Source: Haliotis rufescens (lineage: Eukaryota). From it: 64,000 bases of DNA. Location: NCBI RefSeq assembly GCF_023055435.1, contig NW_025963924.1, positions 10,168,001 through 10,232,000 on the forward strand. The letters are read 5' to 3'. Positions 12,001 to 24,344 of this stretch are shown here, in pieces. The position numbers and the translations under genes are program-made. Within the stretch, counting starts at the first letter, position 1. Every line of letters begins with the position of its first letter. The notes beneath the pieces are model-generated. The model ran no database searches, was not told the origin of the DNA, and was given only the letters and a program-made list of their open reading frames with translations.

Positions 12001-15000
12001 TTATCTATGTGGTTTGTTTCAGTGATGAGGCAACAGATACAAGAAAGGCTGAGTTAGCTTCATCGGACGAAGAGGCAGAAACTGCCCAAGAGAAGAAACT
12101 GAGACTCACAAAACAGTATCTGGCCCAGTTAGAGGCCGGTGGTAGGTTACCATGGAGATTGAATTGGAATAAAACCAAAATTCTGTTATAATATATATCA
12201 GGCATCAGGGCACTGCGAAGTGAAGACTGGTATATGTTTTCTTAAACATAATTGGTTATGTTGATAGGGTTGAAATAGTGATAATTCATCAAGTGGACAT
12301 GTTGTCGGCTAAGGCTTATTGCAATGACTTTTGAAAATATAGTGCGGCCGGGTGGTGGGGTTTTGTTTTGACTTGTTCAAACTTGTATGTAACCAAATAA
12401 ACAGTTTACAATGTACAATCAACCTTGGAAAAGGGCCTCCCTACATAAACAAGCATACAAACTCCTATTGCCGCCATGACCGTAACACGAGATGTGCATG
12501 TAAAGGGAAGTAACTGTGTGCTATATTGGATCACATTATTTTAAAGTATTAGTATTTTTTTAATTTATTTTTTAAATGGCAATATAAACGAAACATGCAG
12601 TGGACTTAATGATGATGGGGCGGTGCCTGAGAACCAAGACTATACTATATGTTTTGCCTAACTTGATGCATTTATTAAAACTGATGAGTTGTTCTCTGAC
12701 AGAGGCAGATCGTGAGGAGGAAGACGGAGCAACAAGGGATGTCATCTCACACAGGTTAAAACAGGATCAGGTGAGCTAATAACCATGACAACAGTGTAAG
12801 AAGATGCGTCTTATCATCATTACCAGACAGGCAACCTTGTAATAGGTTTGGTAAACGTTTCTGGAAATGTACCTTTATCCATTTTAACTGTAACGTCTTC
12901 ATCATGTTCATTGGATCGGCTCCTTTTAATGATGAACTTCTAACACAGGTTATGTTGTGCTTCATCATGTCTTCACTCATTAGTGAGACCCGTAAAGATC
13001 TTCGTTAGAATTGGTCTTCAGCAACCCATGCTTGTCGTAAGAGATGACTAACAGGATCGGGTGGTCAGGCTCGCTGACATGGTTAATGCATATCATTGTA
13101 TCCTAATTGCGTAGATCAGTGTATCCTAATTTCAATCACTGGATTGTCTGGTCCAGCTCAGTTATTTATAGACTACCGTCATATAGCTGAAATATTGCTG
13201 AGTGCTGCATTGAACAACAAACAAACAAACAAACAAACAAACAAACAAACACTCATCACTGATACCTGTGAGGGGTCTGGGTAAAAATTGGTGACTAAAG
13301 GGATCGGGTGGTCAGACTTGCTGACTTAGTTGATTGCATGTCATGGTAACCCAATAGAGTGGATCGACTCTCATGATGTCAATCACTGGATTGTCTGGTC
13401 CAGATTCAATTATTTACAGACCTCTCTTATATCATGTATATGGCTGGAATATTGCTGAGTGTGGCATTAAACGATTAACACTCACACACACATGTAACCA
13501 TGGTAACTATTGCTGATACAGCTTCATGACCTCATGAGAAGTCCATGATTTGTTGTTTCAGCTGGAACTAGCAGGCAAACTCCAGAGGGAAGTTGCAGAT
13601 TCGGTAAGTTTGACAAAGGGATGTGATTGGATGTTCCCTTGACATTTGGGGAGTTGCATCCCTTGGAGTTCCAGGATTCAGTATCTACTCTTACGGTTAT
13701 GTTGATATTTTACAGATATTCAGTGTACTACATATTTAGTGTATATTTGCATAATTACTTTTTCTACATGATTGTGTTATGATCTTTTTGTAACCCATGG
13801 TTGTATTTGCTCCCTTTGACATCCATAAGTAATGTCTGTGTATGTTATCGACCGCCTCCATTGTCTAGAGGATAGAGCGTCTGATTGGAGAGCGGTAGGT
13901 CAGTGGTTAGTTCCCTGGCAGCTTCATACCAACGTAAAATGAATAAAACAAGAACTGGTCAGAGCGGAGTCAGTATACTGTGTCTGAGTGGGTATTCATG
14001 TTAAACTGTGGCATGGTATCTCAGTGGGGTAGCACTATAAAATCAGCACTAGTCTGGACTAGTACAAGCAGCCACACACACTTCTATAGAAGTGTCTTAA
14101 TCTTGAACTCGACATTGAACCCCTTTTAACCTCACCTCGCCTGTTTCTGTTATTTGCAATCGTCCTTCTCTCCATTAGCAGTGAATCTACACTTTTAATC
14201 TTTTGAACATATCAGTATCATTTTCACGCCATTAATTTTCCTTGATGAGAAATACTCCTTTTACCCCCCCATCCTCCAATGTAGCTCATTGCATGGCTCA
14301 CTCCTAGTATGTGGTACCTCATTACAGCTTAACTATTGAATGTATTGCATCATGTTTAATTGTGAAACAATATGTTTCTTTCAGTTCAAGAAGGCCTCAA
14401 ACTTTTGCCCTTAATGCTCAGTTTGTAGACAATTTTCAAAGAAAGTTTTGAGTTTATTTGTGTGTGTTTTTTCAAGTAATGATCAGTCACTTAATCTTGT
14501 TGATATACAACCACAGCTGCGCTAACAGTTATATCTTGATTGGGATATTAATATTGTTATTTATCATATGATGGGTAGGGTTGTCAGCAGTAAAATGCCA
14601 AAGGCTAAAATTTGTATCCATTTGGGTCTTTTACTGATAAACTCCAAATATTATAGTTTGGGTACATACTGCTTTCTTTATTTACAGACAAATATGACAT
14701 ATTGTGGATGTGTTGTCAAGGAGAAGATTATGCATGTTGCTAGTTAAACACATAGAAATACTGTGTTTGTTCTTGCAGCTGGAATCCCCCGACATCACAC
14801 AGCTGCGAGAACTGCGGGGCCACAAGCTGCCTGTGACGTGTGTAGTTATCTCCCCTGACTCAAAGCACATCTTCAGTGGAAGCAAAGATTGTTCTCTAAT
14901 AAAATGTGAGTCATCTTAGTGTTGTTAAGGGGGAGACAGTGAATGAAGAGGGTACTACCAGGTGCCAAATATTGTGTTCTAAACTCATACGAATTAAGAC

Positions 15001-18000
15001 TAGTCAAGAACCGGTCTTCAGCAACCCATGCTTGCTGTAAGAGGCGACTATGCTTGTCCTTAGAGGTAACTTACGGGATCAGGTGGTCAGACTCGCTGAC
15101 TTGGTTGATGCATGTCATCATATCCCAATTGTGTGGATCGATGCTGGAATTTCCACGCTCGCTCGTAGCTCCACCAGTGGATATTACAAGTTTGGTCCCT
15201 TCTATGTCCCTCTTATTGACCAATCAGATTCTGTCACTCATATCACTTGCATTTGCTTCAAACAAAATGGTGGCACCAAGTCAAAATGATCTGATCGATA
15301 ATCAAGATCTATATTGTAATAAAACGGCTCTCACCCCACAAAGTGCATCAAATCGCTTAAGTACCTTGATTGAAAACATGAAAAGATTTGCAAAATATCT
15401 GTCAACGTCCAATTGACAGTACACATGCTTTGCAAAGCCTGCAGTCAACCGAAATCTGCACGTTGAAATCAATGTAGTTTGTTATGCAATTTTGATTGGA
15501 CTATGCATAGACTCGTTAGTCCAGCCAAAATGTAACTCTGGAATACCAGCCTAGTTCGGCAAAGAGCGGGAACTAGTCAGTTAACGCCCTTGCCTCGGGA
15601 AGATGGACCCCACTAAGTGAGTTCAGGTTTTGTTCATGTGTTGTGGCGTAAGGCAATATTCATTCATTTGTGTTCACGTGACTGTTTTACACAGGGTGTG
15701 TAGAGACAGGGAAGAAAGTGAAGGTGATCGCAGGTGGGAAGAAGGGGACGGAGAAGACACATGTCGGACACACGTCACACATACTCTGTCTTGCAATATC
15801 CACAGATGGCAAGTTTCTGGTGAGTGAGAAATACTTCAAGTGGAGATCTGCATGTACTGTACAATGTGTCGCTAGGTTTTTGTCTTGGAAATACTGGATA
15901 TTTTGTTATAATTGATGAATTCAAGAAATTCAAGTTCAAAGCCTCATTGTTGGTTGGATGCTGTCCAATCAGCAACCAGTTCCTTGGTTTTGTTTTGTTT
16001 TGTTTTGTTTTGTTTTGTTTTGTTTTGTTTTGTTTTGTTTTGTTTTGTTTTGTTTTGTTTTGTTCAGTGATATTACTATGTCCTAGGATTCATTAGCAGG
16101 GAGAGTTTATTCTGACATCGATATGACGTCAGATATTGTTAATGACATCACAAATTTCATACATTTTTTTTATTTTGACATGAAGTACTGTGTTAGACCC
16201 GTGAAGATCTGGGGTAAAATAGGTCTTCAGCATCCCATGCTTGTCGTAAGAGGCGACTAATGGGATCGGGTGGTCAGATTCGCTCACTATCTGTCCTGTA
16301 TGAATTCTGTATATATATATTGGTTCGACACTTTCACCATTTGTTAACTGAGGACAGATAATCCGTAATTAATCTTAGCTTGTTATTCTATAACTAATTG
16401 TTCAATGTAATGCAGGCATCAGGAGACCGGAACAATGTCATTCACATCTGGGACCCTCACAGTCTAGACTCCATCAGCTCCCTGACGGGCCACAGGGACG
16501 CAGTGTCGGTACGTAGGCTCCAGTGTCAGTGTGTTTGCTGTGTAGAGTGCTGACATAAGGTTGATGTAAGGGGAATCCCCTCTCCATCCACGCCAGTAAT
16601 ACATGCAACATCTCATGATGGATCCACGCCAGTAATACATGCAACATCTCATGATGGATCCACGCCAGTAATACATGCAACATCTCATGATGGATCCACG
16701 CCAGTAATACATGTAACATCTCATGATGGATCCACGCCAGTAATACATGCAACATCTCATGATGGATCCACGCCAGTAATACATGCAACATCTCATGATG
16801 GATCCACGCCAGTAATACATGTAACATCTCATGATGGATCCACGCCAGTAATACATGCAACATCTCATGATGGATCCACGCCAGTAATACATGCAACATC
16901 TCATGATGGATCCACGCCAGTAATACATGTAACATCTCATGATGGATCCACGCCAGTAATACATGCAACATCTCATGATGGATCCACGCCAGTAATACAT
17001 GTAACATCCCATGATGGACCTCGGGGACTGTAAGCACTGACCTTGTCGTACTGGTACAAGGAGGGGGCGGGAGGGGTCAGGTTGTTCTCGTAGCTTTTTC
17101 ACTCGGTGTTCCATGATCTTTGAAAGGAAAAACCTCATAAACCTTATTTATTTTTAACCACAACTCATTTTTGAGGTCATGCAGTTGAGAATGTATTATG
17201 TTTTAGTCTGTTTTCAGTCGTACAAATGGGTATCTCTCATACCCTCACGTCTAGTCGCACGTTTAAGAGGAAGCCAGAAGCTGGAATGTAAACATTAAAC
17301 TTGTTTCCGTCCGGTTGCGCACGCACCTCCCTATGACATGTCACAAATCTCTCAGCGCGCCTCTGCGCTGGTCGCTCGAGAAAGTCTTTCGCGGTAGACT
17401 GCTAGTTTGTATTCTACTAGTATTTATCGCTTATCTACAGTTGTTCTAATAAAGTCATAATATGTCTTACCTGTAGACTCCTGGAATGTAATCCTTGGTA
17501 ATCCATTGTTTGTGTTCAACGCGTGTTTCGCTGTTTGACAGTGATTCTACACGTGGCAATATGTCGGGCATTTGTGCCTCGTGTCAACGAAAACTGTCTA
17601 AAGTAGACCCTCACAAGTATTGTCCTTCCTGCATCATTAAGGACGGGTTTTCAACGTATTCGTGGAATAAACGTTGTAAAAAATGTGAGAACTTGTCTTC
17701 AATAAATTTTAACTTGTATCTTCGTGCGTTGGCGAAGCAGGCCGCTGACCAGGGCTACAAGCGGATATGGTCATCGGTTGGATCCTTGGACTCTGCACCC
17801 TCCGCATCAGGCCCTGGGGGTGGCGAGTCAACCACACCTCAGAAATCAGTTGAAAAAGACCCGCCTCAGTCAACTTCAGCTTTCGTGACCTGCTTTCGTG
17901 ACCTGCTGATGATACTACCCGCACGACTGGTCTTCGTCATTCGGTTGATCGAGAGCGTCACTCAGCCTCCCCCGTTACGACGGGACCGGGTGGTGACGAG

Positions 18001-21000
18001 GACCATGAGGGGACTACGGTCCCCGGTCGGTCCGCATCTCGTTCTACCAACGACGATAGGGACGTCGTGCGGGACGACAGTGGACACAGAAGTCGTTCCC
18101 GTTCAAGTCGGGACGACAGGATGAGTGCCTCGTCGAGAGACAGTACACGACACGAGGGCGTTCATCGTCATCGTGGTTGTCGAATGTACGATTCGGACGA
18201 TAACTACGATGGGGATCATAGTACTTCTACAGTTTGAGATCGTAGCTCTCGTCCCCACGGGGACGTGCGACGTTCTCGCAGGGAGAATTTGGGGGTTCAG
18301 CGTCGTAGTGAAGATAGTGACAGAACGACGACCTCGTCTCACTTTCATATCGACCCGGCTTTGATAGCCCAGATCACGGCGGCGGTCCTCGCCTCGACGG
18401 CGTCGACCAAGAAGGATACGACTACGTCAGGGGTCCATGGACCGTCAACTAGTACAGCAGCTCCTTCATCTACGCCTCCACACTCGACGTCGACGATGGA
18501 TTGTGACGACAGCCAGCAAAGAACGATGACAACCCGACGCGTGCGGGCTTTAAGGTCGGAGATACACCGCAGTCTCTTCAGTTTTCTCCTCCCGATGTCT
18601 TCAGAGCCATGGCTCACGATATGGACCAGAACTTTGGCTCTGCTCTGCCTGGGCAGAGCTTCTGCAAGCCGCCTGGTCGATCTCGTTACCCGATCTATGG
18701 CGTGCCGTTTTCGTCACCCATGACTAGCGATTTGGACTGGGGGCTGCTCTTCAAGAGACCAGCACCCTCCACATTTGGAATCCATGGGCACTGCTGTTCG
18801 TCACCAGCTGCAAACGCTTGCTATGCTGTCGACAGCGATCAAGGCCCTCTCAGTGTACTTTGAGGTGAAAGAACCCCAGGACGAGGACGACAGGACGGTG
18901 CCATCGGTCCTCACCTGTATGCAACGGTGGATCTAGGACGTCCTCGCCCAGTCCCGATATGTATCGGGCCAGATTACTACGGCGCGTCGCCATGGTTACA
19001 TCGACTGCACTGACCTACCTGATCGTCATGGCAGGTCACTCTTACGGGCCCCGTGGACATCGCAACAGTTGTTCGACGGTCGTACCAACGACGTTCTGGA
19101 CAAGTACTCCAGGGAAGCCGAGCGTGACATCATCATTTCGGCTTCACCCAACCTGTCCAGACGGCCACCGGTTTCGAACGCCCCACGACGACGTTACCGA
19201 AACGAGAATGTGCAACGGGCTTTCCGTAGGGACGTGCCTCGACAGCCGTCCCGCAAGGGAGGTTCCGACAGGAAAGGTCGCCAGGTCTCCTTTTCCAAGT
19301 TTCCCAGAGGGGGAAAGTACCAGCGGGGGAGGAAGTGAGGTCCCTTCCCCCGCCGTCGCCGTGGTTGGAGTCTCCCCCGGTGACACTACCTTTAGACGAG
19401 CTACCGGTAGGGGGGCGACTTCGTCACTATGCCGACAAGTGGGTTTTCCTCAACGCAACATACCTCCAACCACCCGACACATTCAACTTGACATCCCTCA
19501 GCTCTCTGCGTCGGATGATATTACCGTTAGACCTTCAGGACGCGTATCTACATGTACCAATAGCTTCCGAGTTCCAGAAGTACCTCCGATTCGAATGCCA
19601 AGGTATTCATTACCAGTGGGCGGCCCTCCCGATTGGAATTTCTACGGCCCCGTGCTTTTTCACACGCATCATGAAGACGGTCGTAGAATGGCTCCATCGG
19701 CAGGCGATCAGGGTCGCCTTCTACCTAGACGTCGGGCTCCAAGCTCACCAGTTTACAGTAGCCCTTCAAGGTGAGTTGGCGACCACCCTGAGTCTACTAC
19801 GGTACCTCGGGTGGATCGTCAACTTTCAAAAGTCTGACTTGGTACCACCTCGGGTTCTACAGTACATTAGGATACGCTTCCAGACGGGAGTCAATCTGGT
19901 CCAGGTACCTCAAGACCGTTGGGACAAGATTGTCAGCAGCGTTCCGTGACGTCTACATGCCTCGTCGTCGGTGCACACGTGGCAGGAAGTCCTCGGTCTG
20001 TTGACATCGGCCCAAGACTTGACCCGTCGAGGTCGTCTTCAACTTCGTCCGCTGCAGAGATTGCTGTACCCCCACCTGGAGTTTCCCAATCTCCTGGTTC
20101 TACTTCCGGCGCAGCTACGTTGTCCTTTGGAGTGGTGGCTCCAGCCGTCGAACGTTTGCGGGGCGTCTTTATTAGCGAGCCTCCGTTCATACTACACCTA
20201 TTCGTAGACGCGTCATTGGAAGGCTGGGGAGCGCACTTCGGGGATGACCAAGCGGCCGGGCGGTGGTCGCCAGTAGAAAAGGTCCTCCACATCAACTACC
20301 TCGAGATGGATGCAGTGATTCGGGCGGTCGAGTTTTGGAAACTTCGACTCCGTCGGAAACGGCTGATGATACAGTCGGACAACTCCACAGTCGTCCACTG
20401 CGTCAACAAACAGGGAACAACTCAGTCGGCGGCCCTTCTGGACCGGACATTCAGGTTCTTCGCCCTCGTCGACGACTTGGACATGGGCGTACGCGCCCGT
20501 CACATCCCGGGGGCCAAGAATGTGATTGCCGACGCCCTGTCGAGACCATCGAGGCCGTCTCCCACGGAGTGGATGATCTATCCGACAGTCTTTCATCTGC
20601 TGACAGATCGACTCTGGTTGCCCCAAGTAGATCTCTTTGCTGCCCCGTACAACAACCGCCTCCCTCGATTCGTGTCGCCGGTTCCAGACCCATGGGCATG
20701 GGGCCACGACGCTCTAGCGATATCGTGGGGGGCTCTAGACGCTTACGCGTTTCCACCAACGGTGCTGTTACCATCGCAACTGGTGAAAGTTCGTCAAACG
20801 GCCAACCTACGTCTGCTTTTGGTCGCGCCTTATTGGCCGGCCAGAACATGGTTCCCGGAACTTCTTCAGATCATCGTTCAACCACCGTTCCCATTGCCAG
20901 ATCGAGACGACCTCCTTCTTCATCCTCACACCGACGACTTGCATCCGGGGATAAAGAACTTCCAGCTTCACGCCTGGGTTTGCTTAAGACCTCGTTAATG

Positions 21001-24000
21001 AAGAAAGGCTATTCGGCTAAAGCGGCAGCGCTTGTCTCGTCGGCACATCGAGTTACGACTCGTAAGCTGTAAGATGACAAGTGGACCACTTTCTCCATTT
21101 TCGCCAGGTCTCATGGCTTCAACCCGGCGGTAGCGACCCCACCACATGCAGGTGGCGGAGTTCCTAGTCTCTCTCCGGTCATCTCGGCGTCTGAAAGGGT
21201 CGACGATCTCGACATATCTGGCAGCTTTGGTTTCAGTAGTGCCATCTCCTACGGGCGACAAGCTCACTACCGTACCGGAGTTGCAGAAGATTCTACGTGC
21301 CTTCATGGTTGCAGATCAGTCACGTAAATTCCGACCGCCGGCCTGGGACCTCGATGTCGTTCTGCGCATCCTGTCTAGTCAGGCTTACGAGCCTCTCGAT
21401 CAGGTCGCGTTCGACTTATTGTCTCAGAAAACGGTTTTTCCTTCTCTCGCTGGCTACGGCTACTTTTTAGCGATAAATCAACTTCCTGGCCAAGATCCGA
21501 GAATATTCCACATTCCTTCCTTGTCTGCCATTATGGGCCCTCATGATCACGCTGATCTCACCTTGTGCCCAGTTCGTGCGCTTCGTATTTACCTGCAGCG
21601 TTCTGAACAGCGACGACAACATTTTCGACGGCTGTTCATACCGCTCTCAACCAATGCAAAGAAAGAGATTACACGTAATGCTCTCTCATTTTGGTTGAGA
21701 GCGGTAATTCTCAGAGCTTACGAGGCGCAAGGACTCGCACCTCCCACCTCCTCTCATCCGCACGAAGTTCGAGCCATCGCTTCAACATTAGCAATCCACA
21801 GTAATTGTTCGCTACAAGCTATTATGGAGGGCTGCTTTTGGAGATCTACTTCAGTGTTTGCTTCGCATTATCTTAGAGATATCTCCACAGAAGATGTTGA
21901 AGGACTCAAACAGTTTGGTCCACTCGTGGTGGCACAACAGATCTCTCAGAAAAGACAGTGAATTTGTGTTTTATTCACTTTGGAGTTTTTGCTCGACACT
22001 TCGTGACATATAACAGGTTACAATAAAAGCTGTTGGTGAATGTACGCATTCTTATGGTTTTTTGTTGCGTGTAGTACTTCTGTTTTTTATTATGGTTATT
22101 CGATGTATGCATCGTCTTCCCATACATTGTAATACTGCTCGTATTTTTTAGTTACTTTGTATACTGCGAGTTGCTCTGTAACTAGATTATGCGCCGACCT
22201 CACTTCGATCCGGGTTCTACTGACATGTGCAGTTGTACTGTCGCATCGATAATTAGTTGTGTGTCGAAGAGCATTAACCATGCTATTTTTAGTTACCTTG
22301 TCTACGGCGAGTTGTTCTGTAACTAAATTATACGCCGACCACACTTCGATCGCAATTCAACTGACGTGTGCAGTTGTCCTGTCGCTTCGATAATTATTTG
22401 TGTGTCGAAGAGCATTAAACATGCTGTTTTAGTTACCTTGTATACTGCGAGTTGCTCTGTAACTAAACTATTCGTCGACCACACTTCGATCGCTGTTCAA
22501 CTGACGCGTGCAGTTGGCCTGTCGCATCGATAATTAGTTGTGTGTCGAAGAGCATTAACCATGCTGTGCGTTCGTGATAAACAACTTGTCTTGTCTTGTC
22601 AAGGGGTGAGGAACTTGGTACATTCGACGTGAAAGTGGTCACTGCCTGATTACTTTCCCGACCCTCCTTCCAGTGTTCCGTCGAATTCTACCCATTTGTA
22701 CGACTGAAAACAGACTAAAACATGGTTTTTTCAGATTAAAAACGATGTTTTATTGGTCTGTTTTCAGTCGTACGTTCCCACCCAGCCATCCCCACAGGGA
22801 AGTAATCCAGTCCACTCCTGCTTGATGGGTTATTCTTCGAGATTTGTGACATGTCATAGGGAGGTGCGTGCGCAACCGGACGGAAACAAGTTTAATGTTT
22901 ACATTCCAGCTTCTGGCTTCCTCTTAAACGTGCGACTAGACGTGAGGGTATGAGAGATACCCATTTGTACGACTGAAAACAGACCAATAAAACATCGTTT
23001 TTAATCTGAAAAACTCATTTTTGTAAAACTTAGGGCAACTATATTTTGAGGATTTTCCAGGGGAAGATGTTTGTTTTTTATGTCCCAAATCTAAAATAGT
23101 TGGTTCCTAGAGCAGATGGTTGAACAAGTGTCATGCCTAGTGCAGGCTGGTTGGGTTTGGTCATTGGTTGATAACGGAAATGATACATAGTGATTATTAT
23201 CCATACCATGAAGTGGGTCGGGGGTTATAGGAGCGGAGTTTGTCCGTCCGCCTGTCCGTCCAGTCCGTCCGCTTCACGATTGGGCCAAATTTCTCAAAAA
23301 CTCTTTAAGTTAGAGAAATGAAATTTTACACACTGATGTTACTGGTCATGATCACATATGAGTTCGAATATTGGTGCCATAAATTATTTTTTTAGTTTTA
23401 GTTAAATGAATGAAAGTTTGCATTCTTATTTAGGAGATATTTGTCAAGACTGAGTTTGGAATTTGGTGCCATAAATTATGTTTTTCCAGAGTTGCCTCCC
23501 TTGCTACATGTTTTTAGATTTTGTGCATGCACAGTTTCAGCCCTTCGTCCATATTATTTTTTAGTTTAGTGCATAGTGTCTGCAATAGGGAAAGTGAAAT
23601 CAGATTTTTTTTCATGACACAAAGCTACCCCAGTGCCCTTCAATCATATAGCTGGAATATTGCTGAGTGCAGCGTTTAACAAAATCACTACTAATATAAA
23701 TAAACAAAACTCTAACGTGCCTCATGGTGGGATTGTGATAGCACTGTTTTCTTGTTTCATTGATGACAGAATGAGGACTCTGTATGTTTAGTTTCATTAA
23801 ATATTCGGTAATTGAAATTGGAGTCTGGATAACTAGCTAGGTAGAGGAAGCTCATGACACTGTTTGCTAAGCAATACAAGTTGAGTATAACACAAAGGTC
23901 ACAAATCAGGTGAGTGAGTGAGTATGGTTTTACGCCGCTTTTAGCAATATTCCAGCAATATCACGGCCGGGGGACACCAGAAACGGGCTTCACACATTGT

Positions 24001-24313
24001 ACCCATGTCGGGAATCGAAACCCGGGTCTTCAGCGTGACGAGCGAACGCTTTAACCACTAGGCTACCCGACCGCCCCACAAATTAGGTGAAGTAACTTTG
24101 GTCGCAGAGAGTAGCTGGATGGGTGACTGTGTGTAACAGCCTGGTTCCTGTGAGTTTCTAGGGCTTTAGTCCTGATCCACACTGAAAGACATGTTGCACA
24201 CTTTGTGTCTCCTTCAGCAAGTGACTTTGTTCGAAATATGCTTCTTTTCACTTTGAAGTGAATGGGTACCCAGTAGGATGAGAGGGTAATGTGGCTGTTA
24301 ACCTTCTAGCACC

Positions 24314-24344
<31 letters not shown>

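Larger units (their letters stand above)
17198..23013 (+). mobile_element. DIRS1-type tyrosine-recombinase retrotransposon in RRP9 intron 8
   Basis: Inverted terminal repeats 17206-17351 and 22839-22984; right extension to 23013; internal complementary region 22689-22773; gag, RT, RNase H, methyltransferase and YR coding remnants in DIRS order. Confidence 0.96.

Noticed and set aside
16464-17138. 224-aa and 187-aa repetitive ORFs
   Set aside because: Translations of a 36-bp intronic minisatellite that lacks stops in those frames
18959-21306. Long alternative-frame and antisense ORFs in the DIRS body
   Set aside because: Expected in GC-rich overlapping DIRS frames; no independent domain signatures
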